64,000 nt of DNA from an uncultured Ignavibacteriales bacterium (lineage in GTDB: Bacteria; Zixibacteria; MSB-5A5; GN15; FEB-12): assembly GCA_964397415.1 (NCBI GenBank), contig CAYNIJ010000011.1, positions 19,197 to 83,196 on the forward strand, read 5' to 3'. Under the pieces are notes generated by a model. It had not been told where the DNA came from, made no database searches, and saw only the letters and a program-made list of their open reading frames with translations. Positions 28,654-38,113 of this stretch are shown here, in pieces. A program made the position numbers and the translations under genes. Within the stretch, counting starts at the first letter, position 1. Every line of letters begins with the position of its first letter.

Positions 28654-30018
28654 ATGTCCAGATCATTCTTCGGGATCCTCATCGCGTTATTGCTGGTGAC
28701 TTCAGTCATCGCGCAAACTTCTCCGGATTCAATTCGACTCGACAGTCTACTCGCGACACCGGCATCAGACAGTACTGTAGTGGCAGGCGTTAGCGATTCT
28801 GCTAGTTTGGCCGGCGGTGATGCGATCGGGAGTCACGCCGGTATCCTGACCAAGGACGGCGTGCCGCTCTATCCTCTGTCACCCGAGCGTCGGGCCCTTC
28901 TGGCCGAGTACGCCGATATGGTCAATCTCTGGAGGTTTGTCGAGCTATTCTCTGGATTGTTGGTTATCGCGGTGATCTTGTTCCTTGGGTTGAGCGCACG
29001 CTTCAGGGATTGGGCGGGAGTAGCGAGGCTGTCCTATCTCAAGATCTGTCTTTATTGCATTCTTCTGTTCGTGGCGATGTCCATACTCAGTTTTCCCTTT
29101 GACTACTACCGCGATTACCACCTCGAAGTTCAATATGGCTTCATGAACCAGTCGTTTGGTGACTGGTTTGGGGAGCAGTTGATATCCCTGGCGGTGATGT
29201 TGATCATAGTGCCGATACCGGTCTTTTTCCTCTACTTCGTGATTCAGCGTTTCAAACGGTGGTGGCTGGCGTTTTCAATCGGCGCGTTTCCTTTTATGGT
29301 GCTTTTCATCGTCATTGCGCCGGTTCTGATTTCGCCGCTTTTCAACAAGTTTGAACCGCTGAAGGACAAGACTCTGGAGCAGGAGATCCTGACGCTGGCC
29401 GGCAAAGCAGGGATTGAGGGATCAGATGTTTTTGAGGTGAACGCGTCGAAGCAATCGTCTAAAGTAAATGCCTATGTCACCGGATTAATGAACACCAAGC
29501 GGATCGTACTCTATGATACGCTTATAAAGGGATTCACCTACAACGAGATCAAGTTCGTGATGGGTCATGAGATGGGGCACTATCTTATGAAACATATCTG
29601 GTGGGGGCTAGGACTATTGGTCTTCTATCTGATCGCGATTCTCTGGCTGATGGAGAAGACCGTACATAAGCTGATCGGTCGGTGGCGGCACGCGTTTAAA
29701 TTCGAACGGTTGGGAGACATGGCCTCGCTGCCTCTCTTGCTGGCGCTCATGACGATCTTCGGCTTCCTTTTGCAGCCGATCCAGAACTACGCGAGCCGGT
29801 ATATGGAACATCAATCTGATGTCTTCGGTATGGATGTGACGGGGATCACCGGCGAAGAGGCCGCCTCGGCGTTTGACAAGCTCTCAGCTTACAATTTGTC
29901 CGACCCCGATCCGAATCCGATCATCGAGTTCTGGTTTTATGATCATCCGGCGTTGAAGGACCGGATGGCGTTTGTGCGGCAGTATCGGGCGGAACACCCG
30001 CTCGCGGTACGAGAATGA
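28654..30018 (+). CDS. M48 family metallopeptidase (Ste24/HtpX-like), membrane-bound
   Basis: GAGGTGGG RBS, several TM helices and HEXXH in VMGHEMGHYLMKH. Confidence 0.8.
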   Translation: MSRSFFGILIALLLVTSVIAQTSPDSIRLDSLLATPASDSTVVAGVSDSASLAGGDAIGSHAGILTKDGVPLYPLSPERRALLAEYADMVNLWRFVELFSGLLVIAVILFLGLSARFRDWAGVARLSYLKICLYCILLFVAMSILSFPFDYYRDYHLEVQYGFMNQSFGDWFGEQLISLAVMLIIVPIPVFFLYFVIQRFKRWWLAFSIGAFPFMVLFIVIAPVLISPLFNKFEPLKDKTLEQEILTLAGKAGIEGSDVFEVNASKQSSKVNAYVTGLMNTKRIVLYDTLIKGFTYNEIKFVMGHEMGHYLMKHIWWGLGLLVFYLIAILWLMEKTVHKLIGRWRHAFKFERLGDMASLPLLLALMTIFGFLLQPIQNYASRYMEHQSDVFGMDVTGITGEEAASAFDKLSAYNLSDPDPNPIIEFWFYDHPALKDRMAFVRQYRAEHPLAVRE

Positions 30019-30055
30019 ACTAAACATCGGGATAATTTTCGGGAGGAGTTCCTCC

Positions 30056-32329
30056 ATGTGTGTCACGCGTTATTCCTGGATAATTGGACCGCTGCTCTGT
30101 TTACTGAGCACGTCCATTTTATCCGCTCCAACCACCCCTCCAAAGTCGCCTATGGAGCGTGCGGCTGATCAGATCCTCGACCTTCCGCTCGATAGTACTC
30201 AGGTATTTAAACTCTCACAGCAGGTGATCGCACGGCAAGATATGCGGCTGTATCTGGAGGCCGGTTACTTCATGCCGTTCCTTCCGCTGGAACTTGATTC
30301 CGGAAAGATCTGGTTTGGTGGGATCTTCATCGGCCGGGGACATCTGGAGTTCCAACCATCGATCTCGATGGAAAAACAGCAACTCCATCGATTCATGAAG
30401 TCCGACAGCCTGAATCGACCGTTTGAGAAAATGTTGCTGATGATGGATTCGAGTGAATATCAGAAATTGATTTCGACTGCAGCAGTGGGCGACAAGCCGA
30501 GTGTCGACTTTGGCGCCGTACGAAAGACCTACCGAGGATACCTTGACGACACGCGTGATCGTGTTTTCCAGTTCAGTGCGCTGCGCAGTCTGGCTGATCC
30601 ACTGGGGACAGAATTCTTTGTGGCGTTGGCCGAGTTGGAGGATGGCGGGGCCGTTTTGTACCATTTTGATCCATACTCCCGTGAACAGGTTGGCTTCTAC
30701 AAGCGCGAAATGCAGGTGCTGTATCGACGGGTTTGGCAGTCCCTCTGTCTGTATCCGGTCGAAGCGGATACGATCGCGCTTGATTTTCGCGGCGTCGACA
30801 AAACATCGCTCCAGTGCACCCACTATGATATGGATCTGCTGTTGAAGCGTGATGGTGAAATGTGGTCGGTCGCCAGCGCTGAGATCATATGGGATACTCT
30901 ACCCGCGCGGGCGTTGTACTTCTTCCTTGGTCTGGAAATGAAAGTTGATTCAGTGAAGGACGCCAGTGGAGCCATGATCCCGTTCAAGCGGTTTAAGGAC
31001 AGCGACTATTACTTTGGACTCTGGCTGCTCTTCGATAAACCGCTGTCTGCCGGCGAAAAGACAAAACTCCAGTTCTTCTATCACGGTGATGTCGCGGAGC
31101 GGGAATTGGGGATCTATATCGTTTTCGCGGGGAGCTCCTGGTATCCGCAGGCCGGTAAATGGTCTCCCGCGACATATGATATCAAAATGCGTTCGCCGTC
31201 GGACTACTCGCTCGTAGCGTCGGGAAAACAGATCGAAAGCCGAAAGGTCAAGGATACCCTCTTCAGCCACTGGCAGGTGACCACTCCCAGTGAGTTTGCC
31301 TCGTTTAACATAGGTATATTCGAGCGACATCAATATGAAGGGAAGAACGGTGTCGCGCTCGACGTGCATTTCTCCGAAGTACTTCACAAGTATTCCGGAA
31401 GTGAACTCAAACAAGTGGTGGGGGATATACAAGGGAGCCTTGAGTTCTATCGCTGGTTATATGGACCACTGAAGGCCGATACCGTCGTCGTGTCGGAGGC
31501 AGTGCAGGGTCACAGTACATCCTACCCATCCTTCATCCTCTTGGGCGTGTTCACCTGGGTGACTGGTGATATGTGGGGGTACGAGCGGCTGCACCGTTCA
31601 CACGAGACCGCGCATCAATGGTTTGGCGCGGGGGTAGGTATCGATACTTACCGCGATACCTGGCTGTCTGAAGGATTCGCCGAGTACAGCTCATACATGT
31701 TTCTGCAGGCGGTGGCCGGCAACGACAAGTTTATGGACCGGCTGAACGAACATCGGAAGGATGTTCTGTTCGAGCGAAAGAACGCGGCCGCGTTGGCGTT
31801 GGGGCCACGGGCCCACAACGTAAAGGACGAGGAGAATTACGACATCGTCATTTACAAGCGCGGGGCGTTCGTCCTGCATATGCTGCGTAACCTGCTGATC
31901 GACCTGCAGACGATGAAAGAGGATCGCTTCTACGCAATGATGCGTGAATTCTATGCCACCTACTACGGTCGTCAGGTCTCGACCTATGACTTCCAGAAAA
32001 TGGTCGAGAAGCATGCGGGTGTGGATATGGGGTGGTTTTTCCGGCAATGGGTTTACAACAATTACATTCCGACCTACGACTTCAGTTATGAGGCCCTACC
32101 GGAGTCGGATGGCTCCTACGTAGCCAAACTCCACGTTGTGCAGCGCGATGTGCCCGATGATTTCGTGATGTACGTGCCCGTGGAAATTGAATTGGAAAGC
32201 GGAGGAAAGGCGTACTTGCGTCTGCTCATTGAGCAACCGGATTCAGTACTTGACTTAAAGCTTCCGGGAAAGCCGAAGAAAATCACCTTTAATCCGTTCC
32301 TTTCGGTTCTGGCGGACGTCAATCAGTAG
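30056..32329 (+). CDS. M1 family (gluzincin) peptidase-like secreted protein
   Basis: ATG 30056 with GGGAGGAG upstream, followed by a signal peptide. HETAHQWFG-x17-WLSEGFAEY is the HEXXH-x18-E gluzincin motif. Confidence 0.8.
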   Translation: MCVTRYSWIIGPLLCLLSTSILSAPTTPPKSPMERAADQILDLPLDSTQVFKLSQQVIARQDMRLYLEAGYFMPFLPLELDSGKIWFGGIFIGRGHLEFQPSISMEKQQLHRFMKSDSLNRPFEKMLLMMDSSEYQKLISTAAVGDKPSVDFGAVRKTYRGYLDDTRDRVFQFSALRSLADPLGTEFFVALAELEDGGAVLYHFDPYSREQVGFYKREMQVLYRRVWQSLCLYPVEADTIALDFRGVDKTSLQCTHYDMDLLLKRDGEMWSVASAEIIWDTLPARALYFFLGLEMKVDSVKDASGAMIPFKRFKDSDYYFGLWLLFDKPLSAGEKTKLQFFYHGDVAERELGIYIVFAGSSWYPQAGKWSPATYDIKMRSPSDYSLVASGKQIESRKVKDTLFSHWQVTTPSEFASFNIGIFERHQYEGKNGVALDVHFSEVLHKYSGSELKQVVGDIQGSLEFYRWLYGPLKADTVVVSEAVQGHSTSYPSFILLGVFTWVTGDMWGYERLHRSHETAHQWFGAGVGIDTYRDTWLSEGFAEYSSYMFLQAVAGNDKFMDRLNEHRKDVLFERKNAAALALGPRAHNVKDEENYDIVIYKRGAFVLHMLRNLLIDLQTMKEDRFYAMMREFYATYYGRQVSTYDFQKMVEKHAGVDMGWFFRQWVYNNYIPTYDFSYEALPESDGSYVAKLHVVQRDVPDDFVMYVPVEIELESGGKAYLRLLIEQPDSVLDLKLPGKPKKITFNPFLSVLADVNQ

Positions 32330-32379
32330 AGCTATGCGATAATCCTGCAATGAGTTAGCTTGCTACACCCTGAGTCAAT

Positions 32380-32415
32380 ACCGGTTCGGTTAGCGCTTGC
32401 ACGCCGAACCGGTTT
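32380..32415 (+). terminator. terminator-like hairpin after the M1 peptidase gene
   Basis: ACCGGTTCGG-(14 nt)-CCGAACCGGT followed by a short TTT. Overlaps the fumC promoter candidate. Confidence 0.5.
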
Positions 32416-32424
32416 GCGTATATT
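32397..32424 (+). promoter_or_regulatory. candidate sigma70-type promoter for fumC
   Basis: TTGCAC-N16-TATATT, about 39 nt upstream of ATG 32463. Confidence 0.3.
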
Positions 32425-32462
32425 CTTAGGCATGTGAAAAACATCACAGCCAAGGAGACGCA

Positions 32463-33863
32463 ATGGATCATCGGATAGAAACTGACTCCATGGGGGAGAT
32501 CAAGGTTCCCTCTGACAAATACTATGGCGCGCAGACCGCTCGCTCGCTCTATCACTTCAGGATCGGCGGAGAACGGATGCCGCGCGAACTGATCCGTGCC
32601 ATGGGTATCCTCAAAAAGGCGGCCGCGCTGGTAAACATGGAGCTGGGACTACTTCCGAAAGACAAGGGAGAGCTGATCGTCAAAGCGGCCGATGAGGTGA
32701 TCTCCGGCAAGCTGGATGATCATTTCCCGCTGGTGATCTGGCAGACCGGTTCCGGTACGCAATCCAACATGAACGCGAACGAAGTCATCTCCAATCGCGC
32801 GATCGAGATGTCCGGCGGCGTAATGGGATCCAAGAAGCCGATCCATCCGAATGATGATGTTAACAAGGCGCAGTCTTCGAACGATACGTTCCCGACCGCC
32901 ATGCATATTGCGGCGGTGGAGGAAATTCATCGCCGCTTGATCCCGATGGTGACGCAGCTTCGGAACACCCTGCAAAAGAAGTCAGAGGAGTTTGCAGATA
33001 TCATCAAGATCGGTCGGACTCACTTGATGGATGCGACACCATTGACACTGGGGCAGGAGTTCTCGGGGTATTCAGCGGCCCTGACGCTCGATTTGGATCG
33101 GATAAATGATTCGATGAAGCGGTTGTATCCGCTGGCGCTTGGTGGTACGGCCGTCGGTACCGGTCTGAATACTCATCCCGAATTCGCGGTCAAATCGGCC
33201 AAGTGCATTGCTGAGTTGACCGGTAAGCCGTTTGTCACCGCGCCGAACAAATATGAAGCGCTGGCGACCCATGACGCACTGGTTGAAATACATGGACAGC
33301 TCAAGACGCTTGCCTGCTCGCTGATGAAGATAGCGAATGATATTCGCTGGTTGGCCTCAGGTCCCCGCTCCGGCATAGCCGAGATAGCGATTCCGGAGAA
33401 TGAACCGGGATCATCGATCATGCCCGGAAAGGTCAACCCAACCCAACCCGAGGCGATGACCATGGTTTGCGCGCAGGTGTTTGGGAACGATGTCTCCGTC
33501 AACTTCGGTGGAGCCTCGGGGAATTTCGAACTCAACGTCTACAAGCCGGTGATAATCTATAATGTGCTGCAGTCGATCCGGCTGCTGGCGGATGCGTGCG
33601 AGATGTTCAACGAGCATTGCGCGGTCGGGATCGAACCGCTGCGCGAGAATATCAAGAAACATCTGCAGAATTCGCTGATGCTGGTGACAGCGCTCAATCC
33701 GCATATCGGATATGACAATGCGGCAAAGGTGGCCAAAAAGGCGCACAAGGAAGGGACCACGCTCAAAGAGGCGGCGGTTTCTTTGGGCCTTCTGACGGCC
33801 GAGGATTTTGACCAGAAGGTTCGACCGGAGCAGATGATCGGCCCGAACATGAAGGCGAAGTAG
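32463..33863 (+). CDS. fumC: class II fumarate hydratase
   Basis: 466 aa with the [11 protein letters not shown] signature loop and AAGGAG RBS. Confidence 0.95.
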   Translation: MDHRIETDSMGEIKVPSDKYYGAQTARSLYHFRIGGERMPRELIRAMGILKKAAALVNMELGLLPKDKGELIVKAADEVISGKLDDHFPLVIWQTGSGTQSNMNANEVISNRAIEMSGGVMGSKKPIHPNDDVNKAQSSNDTFPTAMHIAAVEEIHRRLIPMVTQLRNTLQKKSEEFADIIKIGRTHLMDATPLTLGQEFSGYSAALTLDLDRINDSMKRLYPLALGGTAVGTGLNTHPEFAVKSAKCIAELTGKPFVTAPNKYEALATHDALVEIHGQLKTLACSLMKIANDIRWLASGPRSGIAEIAIPENEPGSSIMPGKVNPTQPEAMTMVCAQVFGNDVSVNFGGASGNFELNVYKPVIIYNVLQSIRLLADACEMFNEHCAVGIEPLRENIKKHLQNSLMLVTALNPHIGYDNAAKVAKKAHKEGTTLKEAAVSLGLLTAEDFDQKVRPEQMIGPNMKAK

Positions 33864-33890
33864 TTAGCCGCTAATCGCATACGGCTTCTG

Positions 33891-33920
33891 ACCCGGCTCT
33901 CACGAGCCGGGTTATTTTTT
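33891..33920 (+). terminator. rho-independent terminator after fumC
   Basis: ACCCGGCTC-TCAC-GAGCCGGGT followed by TATTTTTT. Confidence 0.8.
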
Positions 33921-33986
33921 GGTCTTGCAGCGACCTGTGAGTCCAGGGTGAAACTTTCCTCCGTCAAATTCGAATAGATAGTGACG

Positions 33987-33998
33987 CACAACGTTGTG
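33987..33998. promoter_or_regulatory. perfect 12-bp palindrome CACAACGTTGTG upstream of the REC-like/Fis regulator gene
   Basis: Directly visible, 17 nt upstream of ATG 34015. Confidence 0.25.
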
Positions 33999-34014
33999 AC
34001 TGGCGAGGGTTTCT

Positions 34015-34623
34015 ATGTCAGTAGCCGAACGAATTGGCCGGGTTTTGATCGTTGATCCAGATGAGTCGTTTCTCAGACCGCTCCGGCCGTATCTGATCCA
34101 GCATTTCGCCGCGGTACACAGTGATGCCAATGTCACTGTCCTCCCCGACCTTCTTACCCGAGAAAAATACGATGTCATCCTGATCCACAGTGTGTTCCTG
34201 CAGTCCAGTTCCAATGGCGACAGTGGGATGTTCTGGATCGAGCGAATCCATGAGTTGGATCCCCTGGTGACGATCCTTGTGCGCTGTCGCGCCCAGGAGA
34301 GCGAACTTGCGTTGCAAGCGATTCGCGAAGGGGCGACCGATTATCTGATTGACCCGTGGCATAAAGAGAAGTTGCTGGCGACTCTGGCAGCATCGGTCCG
34401 GTTGCGGAAATCTCGCGAGGAGACACTGAGGTTGCGCGAACAACAGCACCATGCCGCATTGCTCTCCCAAAGCCTCAACCTGGATGAGATCGAGCAGCAG
34501 GCGATCAACCTGGCGCTACAGAAGCACAGGGGAAATATCAGCCACACCGCGAAGGAACTTGGTCTGACCAGGACCTCACTCTACCGGCGGATCCAGAAAT
34601 ATGGAATTCAGCCGGGTCGCTGA
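34015..34623 (+). CDS. REC-like (apparently phospho-acceptor-less) domain + Fis-type HTH regulator
   Basis: The N-terminal ~120 aa align by eye to a receiver fold, but the acceptor position reads ..YDVILIH.. (His where Asp is expected) and the conserved Lys position reads ..YLIDPW... C-terminus is a Fis HTH (NISHTAKELGLTRTSLYRRIQKYGI). No AAA+ domain. Confidence 0.7.
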   Translation: MSVAERIGRVLIVDPDESFLRPLRPYLIQHFAAVHSDANVTVLPDLLTREKYDVILIHSVFLQSSSNGDSGMFWIERIHELDPLVTILVRCRAQESELALQAIREGATDYLIDPWHKEKLLATLAASVRLRKSREETLRLREQQHHAALLSQSLNLDEIEQQAINLALQKHRGNISHTAKELGLTRTSLYRRIQKYGIQPGR

Positions 34624-34624
34624 T

Positions 34625-35326
34625 TCAGTGACAACAGGAGTGAGTTTCGGTATCCAGTTTGGGGCTGATATACGGGATCCCGAGATTCATCCCGCGCAAG
34701 ACCAGCAATAGTCCCAGCACGACCGCTCCGACCGGCAGAAGTCTGAGAAAGAACTGTCGCACGCGGATATTCAGCAATGAACCGAACAGCGATGTTGCGA
34801 GCAGTGCCGGGACGGTCCCTAAACCAAACCAGAACATATATCCGGCCGCCGAGAGCGCCGAGCCTGTGGTAGCCGCCGCGGCGAGTCCGGCATAAAGGAA
34901 TCCACAGGGGAGCAGGCCATTCAAGAGACCTATCGCCAGCATGGATGGCATGGTGCGTTTCTGGAACAGCGTCCCCCAGGCTTTGCGAATGCGATCGACT
35001 ATCAGATAGTTGAATTTCGCGGGGAAGATCTTTTGAGTGATATCGACTGGCAGCAGCACCGCGAGGATGATCCCGACACCAGCCGCGATTGACAGCCAAC
35101 GTTGGAATCCCGCCAGGACGATCGACTTGCCGATGAGACCGACCGCGGCCCCCATGAGCATATAGGTGATGACTCGGCCGCAGCTGTAGAGCAGTCGACT
35201 GATAAACAGTCTGGTCCGATTGGAAAAGCCAACCGGCAATCCGACTACTATGGGACCACACATCCCGACACAATGGACACTCCCCAATATACCAACGACG
35301 AATCCTGCGTAGATCTCCGGTGTCAT
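34625..35326 (-). CDS. DsbD_2/TauE-like membrane protein (HCxxMCGP motif), last gene of cco maturation cluster
   Basis: 233 aa with about 6 TM helices and N-terminal GSVHCVGMCGP. Its stop lies 1 nt from the stop of the convergent regulator gene. Confidence 0.6.
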   Translation of the reverse strand: MTPEIYAGFVVGILGSVHCVGMCGPIVVGLPVGFSNRTRLFISRLLYSCGRVITYMLMGAAVGLIGKSIVLAGFQRWLSIAAGVGIILAVLLPVDITQKIFPAKFNYLIVDRIRKAWGTLFQKRTMPSMLAIGLLNGLLPCGFLYAGLAAAATTGSALSAAGYMFWFGLGTVPALLATSLFGSLLNIRVRQFFLRLLPVGAVVLGLLLVLRGMNLGIPYISPKLDTETHSCCH

Positions 35327-35330
35327 GATA

Positions 35331-35840
35331 TCACTCTACAATTATGGTTTCTTCACTGTAATACGATTGACCTGAATACTGCCAGTTCAATTTAACTTTC
35401 CAGAGCCCGGTTGGGCGGTCTGACATCGGAAGGAGCATGCTTGCCGACTCATCAAGCTGCAAGGGCATCTGGCGATCGAATTGCGAATTGGATGGCCGGT
35501 ACAACAACACCTGACCGGCGATATCGGATTTTTTGAACGAGACCGGGAAGCTGATCTGAATATCGTTGTCGGCATTCAGCGCAATGTACGGTTTCTCAGG
35601 TAGTGACGCGGTCCGGTCATTTCGATCAATGTTGGTCTGGTAGGTTATCCCGCGCTCGTAGTAGTTGTCCTCGACAAGATCAAACCGCTGCATCGACGCG
35701 AATCCCACACACGCGAGAATGAAAATTACGAAACCAGCATAGAACAGCCAGATACCGACCTCCCAGCCGCGGCCTTTCTTGGATGTATCAGTCACTGTCA
35801 TGCTCCTTCTGTTCGTCGGCTTCTTTGTCATGTTGTTCAC
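35331..35840 (-). CDS. ccoH: FixH/CcoH family protein
   Basis: Single TM helix (WEVGIWLFYAGFVIFILACVGF), then ..DNYYERGITYQ.., typical of FixH. The start is uncertain (GTG 35840, ATG 35831 or ATG 35801); all options overlap the ccoG 3' end. Confidence 0.7.
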   Translation of the reverse strand: MNNMTKKPTNRRSMTVTDTSKKGRGWEVGIWLFYAGFVIFILACVGFASMQRFDLVEDNYYERGITYQTNIDRNDRTASLPEKPYIALNADNDIQISFPVSFKKSDIAGQVLLYRPSNSQFDRQMPLQLDESASMLLPMSDRPTGLWKVKLNWQYSGQSYYSEETIIVE

Positions 35841-37239
35841 GCGGGTCCGGTCCTACAAAAGTGGTGCGAATTTCTTCGACTTTTTCGTCCCCTTCCATCA
35901 CATGGATAATGACCGTCGAGTTCGACGAGAAGAGATGCTTGCGGGGTATCTCTACTGAGACGACGGTCTCATCTTTCCCTTGTGGAGGAACATCTAGCGG
36001 CGGACCAACCACCGTCAGTTTTCCCTCCGGCTGTACCATCCTGAGGGTAAGGGAAAGATCTTTCGAGGTCTTATTGATGACAGAAACGGTATACAGATTA
36101 CGGATGATCCCATGCTCCAATTCCTCATATAACGACCCAGTTGTTCTGAGGATTGTGGTTTCGACCTCGGATCTGCTGATGAGGAAAAAGGCGATGAGGA
36201 TCAGAAGTACCGAAAGAACTCCGGTGTAAATCCACATGCGTGGCGTAAAGCGAAGCGGTCTCCCTTCAGCGATGCGATTGTAGGACGAGTACTTTATGAG
36301 ACCTTTCGGCAGCTTCATCCTTTCCATCACTCGGTCGCAGGCATCGATACAGGCGGTGCAGTTGATGCACTCGAGTTGTGTGCCATTACGAATGTCAATC
36401 CCGGTGGGGCAAACCTTCACGCAGGCATCGCAGGAGATGCAGTGCCCGCGCTGCGAGAAGTCCTGCCCGCGCTGAACTGGCCCGCGTGGTTCACCGCGGC
36501 GGAAGTCGTACGCGATAACGATCGAGTTGGCATCCAGCAGGACTGATTGGAGTCGACCGTATGGGCAGACCAGCGTACAGGCTTGCTCTCTGAACCAGGC
36601 GAAAACGAAATAGAAGACGCCGGAGAATATCACCATGGCGACAAAGCCGGTCAGATGTTCGGCCGGTGAGGACGTGACAATGTCTTTGAGCGCGTCGATT
36701 CCTATGATGTAGGCGAGGAAGGTGTTGCCAATGAGAAATGACAGTCCAAAGAAGATGATATGCTTGGCTGACTTGCGGAAAAACTTGGACACGGACATCG
36801 GCGCTCGGTCGAGGTCCCGTTGACGGGGGCCGTTCCCCTCAAGAAAATACTCTATCTTGCGAAAGACCATTTCCATGAAAATCGTCTGAGGGCAAACCCA
36901 GCCACAGAAAAGGCGCCCGAACGCGGCCGTAAAAAGAATCACGAGCACGACAAAGGCGATGGTCACCAGAACAAACAGAAAGAAGTCCTGCGGCCAAAAG
37001 ATAAGACCGAAGATGAAGAACTTGCGATTCAAGATATCAAATTGGAGGAGCGGGTTGCCACTGATCTTGATAAAAGGAGCTCCAAATAGAAACGCGAGCA
37101 GAAACCAGGAAAGGATAGTGCGGGCGCGATAGAATGAACCGGTCGGTTGGGTCGGATAAACCCACAACCGCCTGCCGCGCTGGTCGATCGTAGCCAGCTT
37201 ATCGCGAAAGTTGTTTCCGGGCTCCTGTATGCTGCTCAT
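35788..37239 (-). CDS. ccoG: cbb3 oxidase accessory protein CcoG/FixG (membrane 4Fe-4S ferredoxin)
   Basis: Start set at ATG 37239, downstream of the ccoP stop. Cys clusters CPYGRLQ and CISCDACVKVCP..CINCTACIDAC. Confidence 0.85.
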   Translation of the reverse strand: MSSIQEPGNNFRDKLATIDQRGRRLWVYPTQPTGSFYRARTILSWFLLAFLFGAPFIKISGNPLLQFDILNRKFFIFGLIFWPQDFFLFVLVTIAFVVLVILFTAAFGRLFCGWVCPQTIFMEMVFRKIEYFLEGNGPRQRDLDRAPMSVSKFFRKSAKHIIFFGLSFLIGNTFLAYIIGIDALKDIVTSSPAEHLTGFVAMVIFSGVFYFVFAWFREQACTLVCPYGRLQSVLLDANSIVIAYDFRRGEPRGPVQRGQDFSQRGHCISCDACVKVCPTGIDIRNGTQLECINCTACIDACDRVMERMKLPKGLIKYSSYNRIAEGRPLRFTPRMWIYTGVLSVLLILIAFFLISRSEVETTILRTTGSLYEELEHGIIRNLYTVSVINKTSKDLSLTLRMVQPEGKLTVVGPPLDVPPQGKDETVVSVEIPRKHLFSSNSTVIIHVMEGDEKVEEIRTTFVGPDPREQHDKEADEQKEHDSD

Positions 37240-37246
37240 AAGATCA

Positions 37247-37915
37247 TCATGGCTGATAGAGATCGCCCTGCGGCGCCTTCGGGTTGGGCGGATTTGTGCC
37301 ATGCAGTGACTTCACGTAACTGGCAACCTCGATTATCTGCTCCGGCTTGAGATCCATCCGCCAGGCGACCATGCCTTTGGTTGGAACGCCGAACTTGACG
37401 GTCTTTACGATTTCGGGAAAGGCACCGCCGTGAAGCCAGTAATCATCGGTAAGGTTCGGGCCGATCCCACCTTCGCCGATCTTTCCATGACAGGTGAAAC
37501 AGAGTCGATCGAAGATAGCCTTTCCTGCCGCGAGCCTGTCAGGCTCGGTGTAGGCAACATAGGTGGTCGTATCTGATTCTCGCTTCTCTTCCTTGTACGC
37601 GAGCACGATGGTCGGCATGCCGGCCGAGAGGCGGGCATCACGTTCCGGAGCCACCAGCGGGGAGCGATAGACCGGCGCAAGCCCAAAGAGTCGTGAACCA
37701 CCAGCCTCAATGCGCACGTACGAAGGGTCGATTTCCTGGCGGTATTCATCCGCGCTGAGATAACCGATCCCCAGCACATGGAAATAGAGCATATACAGGA
37801 CGGCGAAGATAATAGTCAGATAGAAAAGCCAGACCCACCAGCGGGGGAGATCGTTGTCGAGCTCCCGAATGCCATCGTAATCATGGTCGAGCAGTTTTTC
37901 GTTCATATCAGTCAT
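37247..37915 (-). CDS. ccoP: cbb3-type cytochrome c oxidase subunit III, monoheme form
   Basis: FixP_N-like N-terminus (DHDYDGIRELDNDLPRWW) followed by a TM helix. Only one CxxCH motif (CFTCH) in the whole ORF. Start options are 37939, 37915 and 37906. Confidence 0.8.
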   Translation of the reverse strand: MTDMNEKLLDHDYDGIRELDNDLPRWWVWLFYLTIIFAVLYMLYFHVLGIGYLSADEYRQEIDPSYVRIEAGGSRLFGLAPVYRSPLVAPERDARLSAGMPTIVLAYKEEKRESDTTTYVAYTEPDRLAAGKAIFDRLCFTCHGKIGEGGIGPNLTDDYWLHGGAFPEIVKTVKFGVPTKGMVAWRMDLKPEQIIEVASYVKSLHGTNPPNPKAPQGDLYQP

Positions 37916-38099
37916 GGGTGCGAACTCCTTCAGATTCATCGCGACGATCCAGCGGCAGGCGTGACCATCTGTCTACGCTTTTTTTGTCGAGCTTCAGTGA
38001 CCACCAGATCACCAGTACGAAGGCCACGACAAAGATGCACAGAGCCACAGCTGGCCAATATTCAAGACCAGGGATAGACCGGAGCATGTCAGATAACAT
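37908..38099 (-). CDS. ccoQ: CcoQ/FixQ-like small membrane subunit
   Basis: 63 aa with one TM helix (WPAVALCIFVVAFVLVIWW). Positioned between ccoNO and ccoP. Confidence 0.55.
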   Translation of the reverse strand: MLSDMLRSIPGLEYWPAVALCIFVVAFVLVIWWSLKLDKKSVDRWSRLPLDRRDESEGVRTHD

Positions 38100-38113
38100 A
38101 GCCCATTCCTTCC

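Noticed and set aside
34608-35273. 221-aa ORF in another frame of the DsbD_2/TauE-like gene.
   Set aside because: The chosen frame gives a coherent 6-TM protein with the HCxxMCGP motif. The alternative frame is Arg/Gly/Ser-rich with no features.
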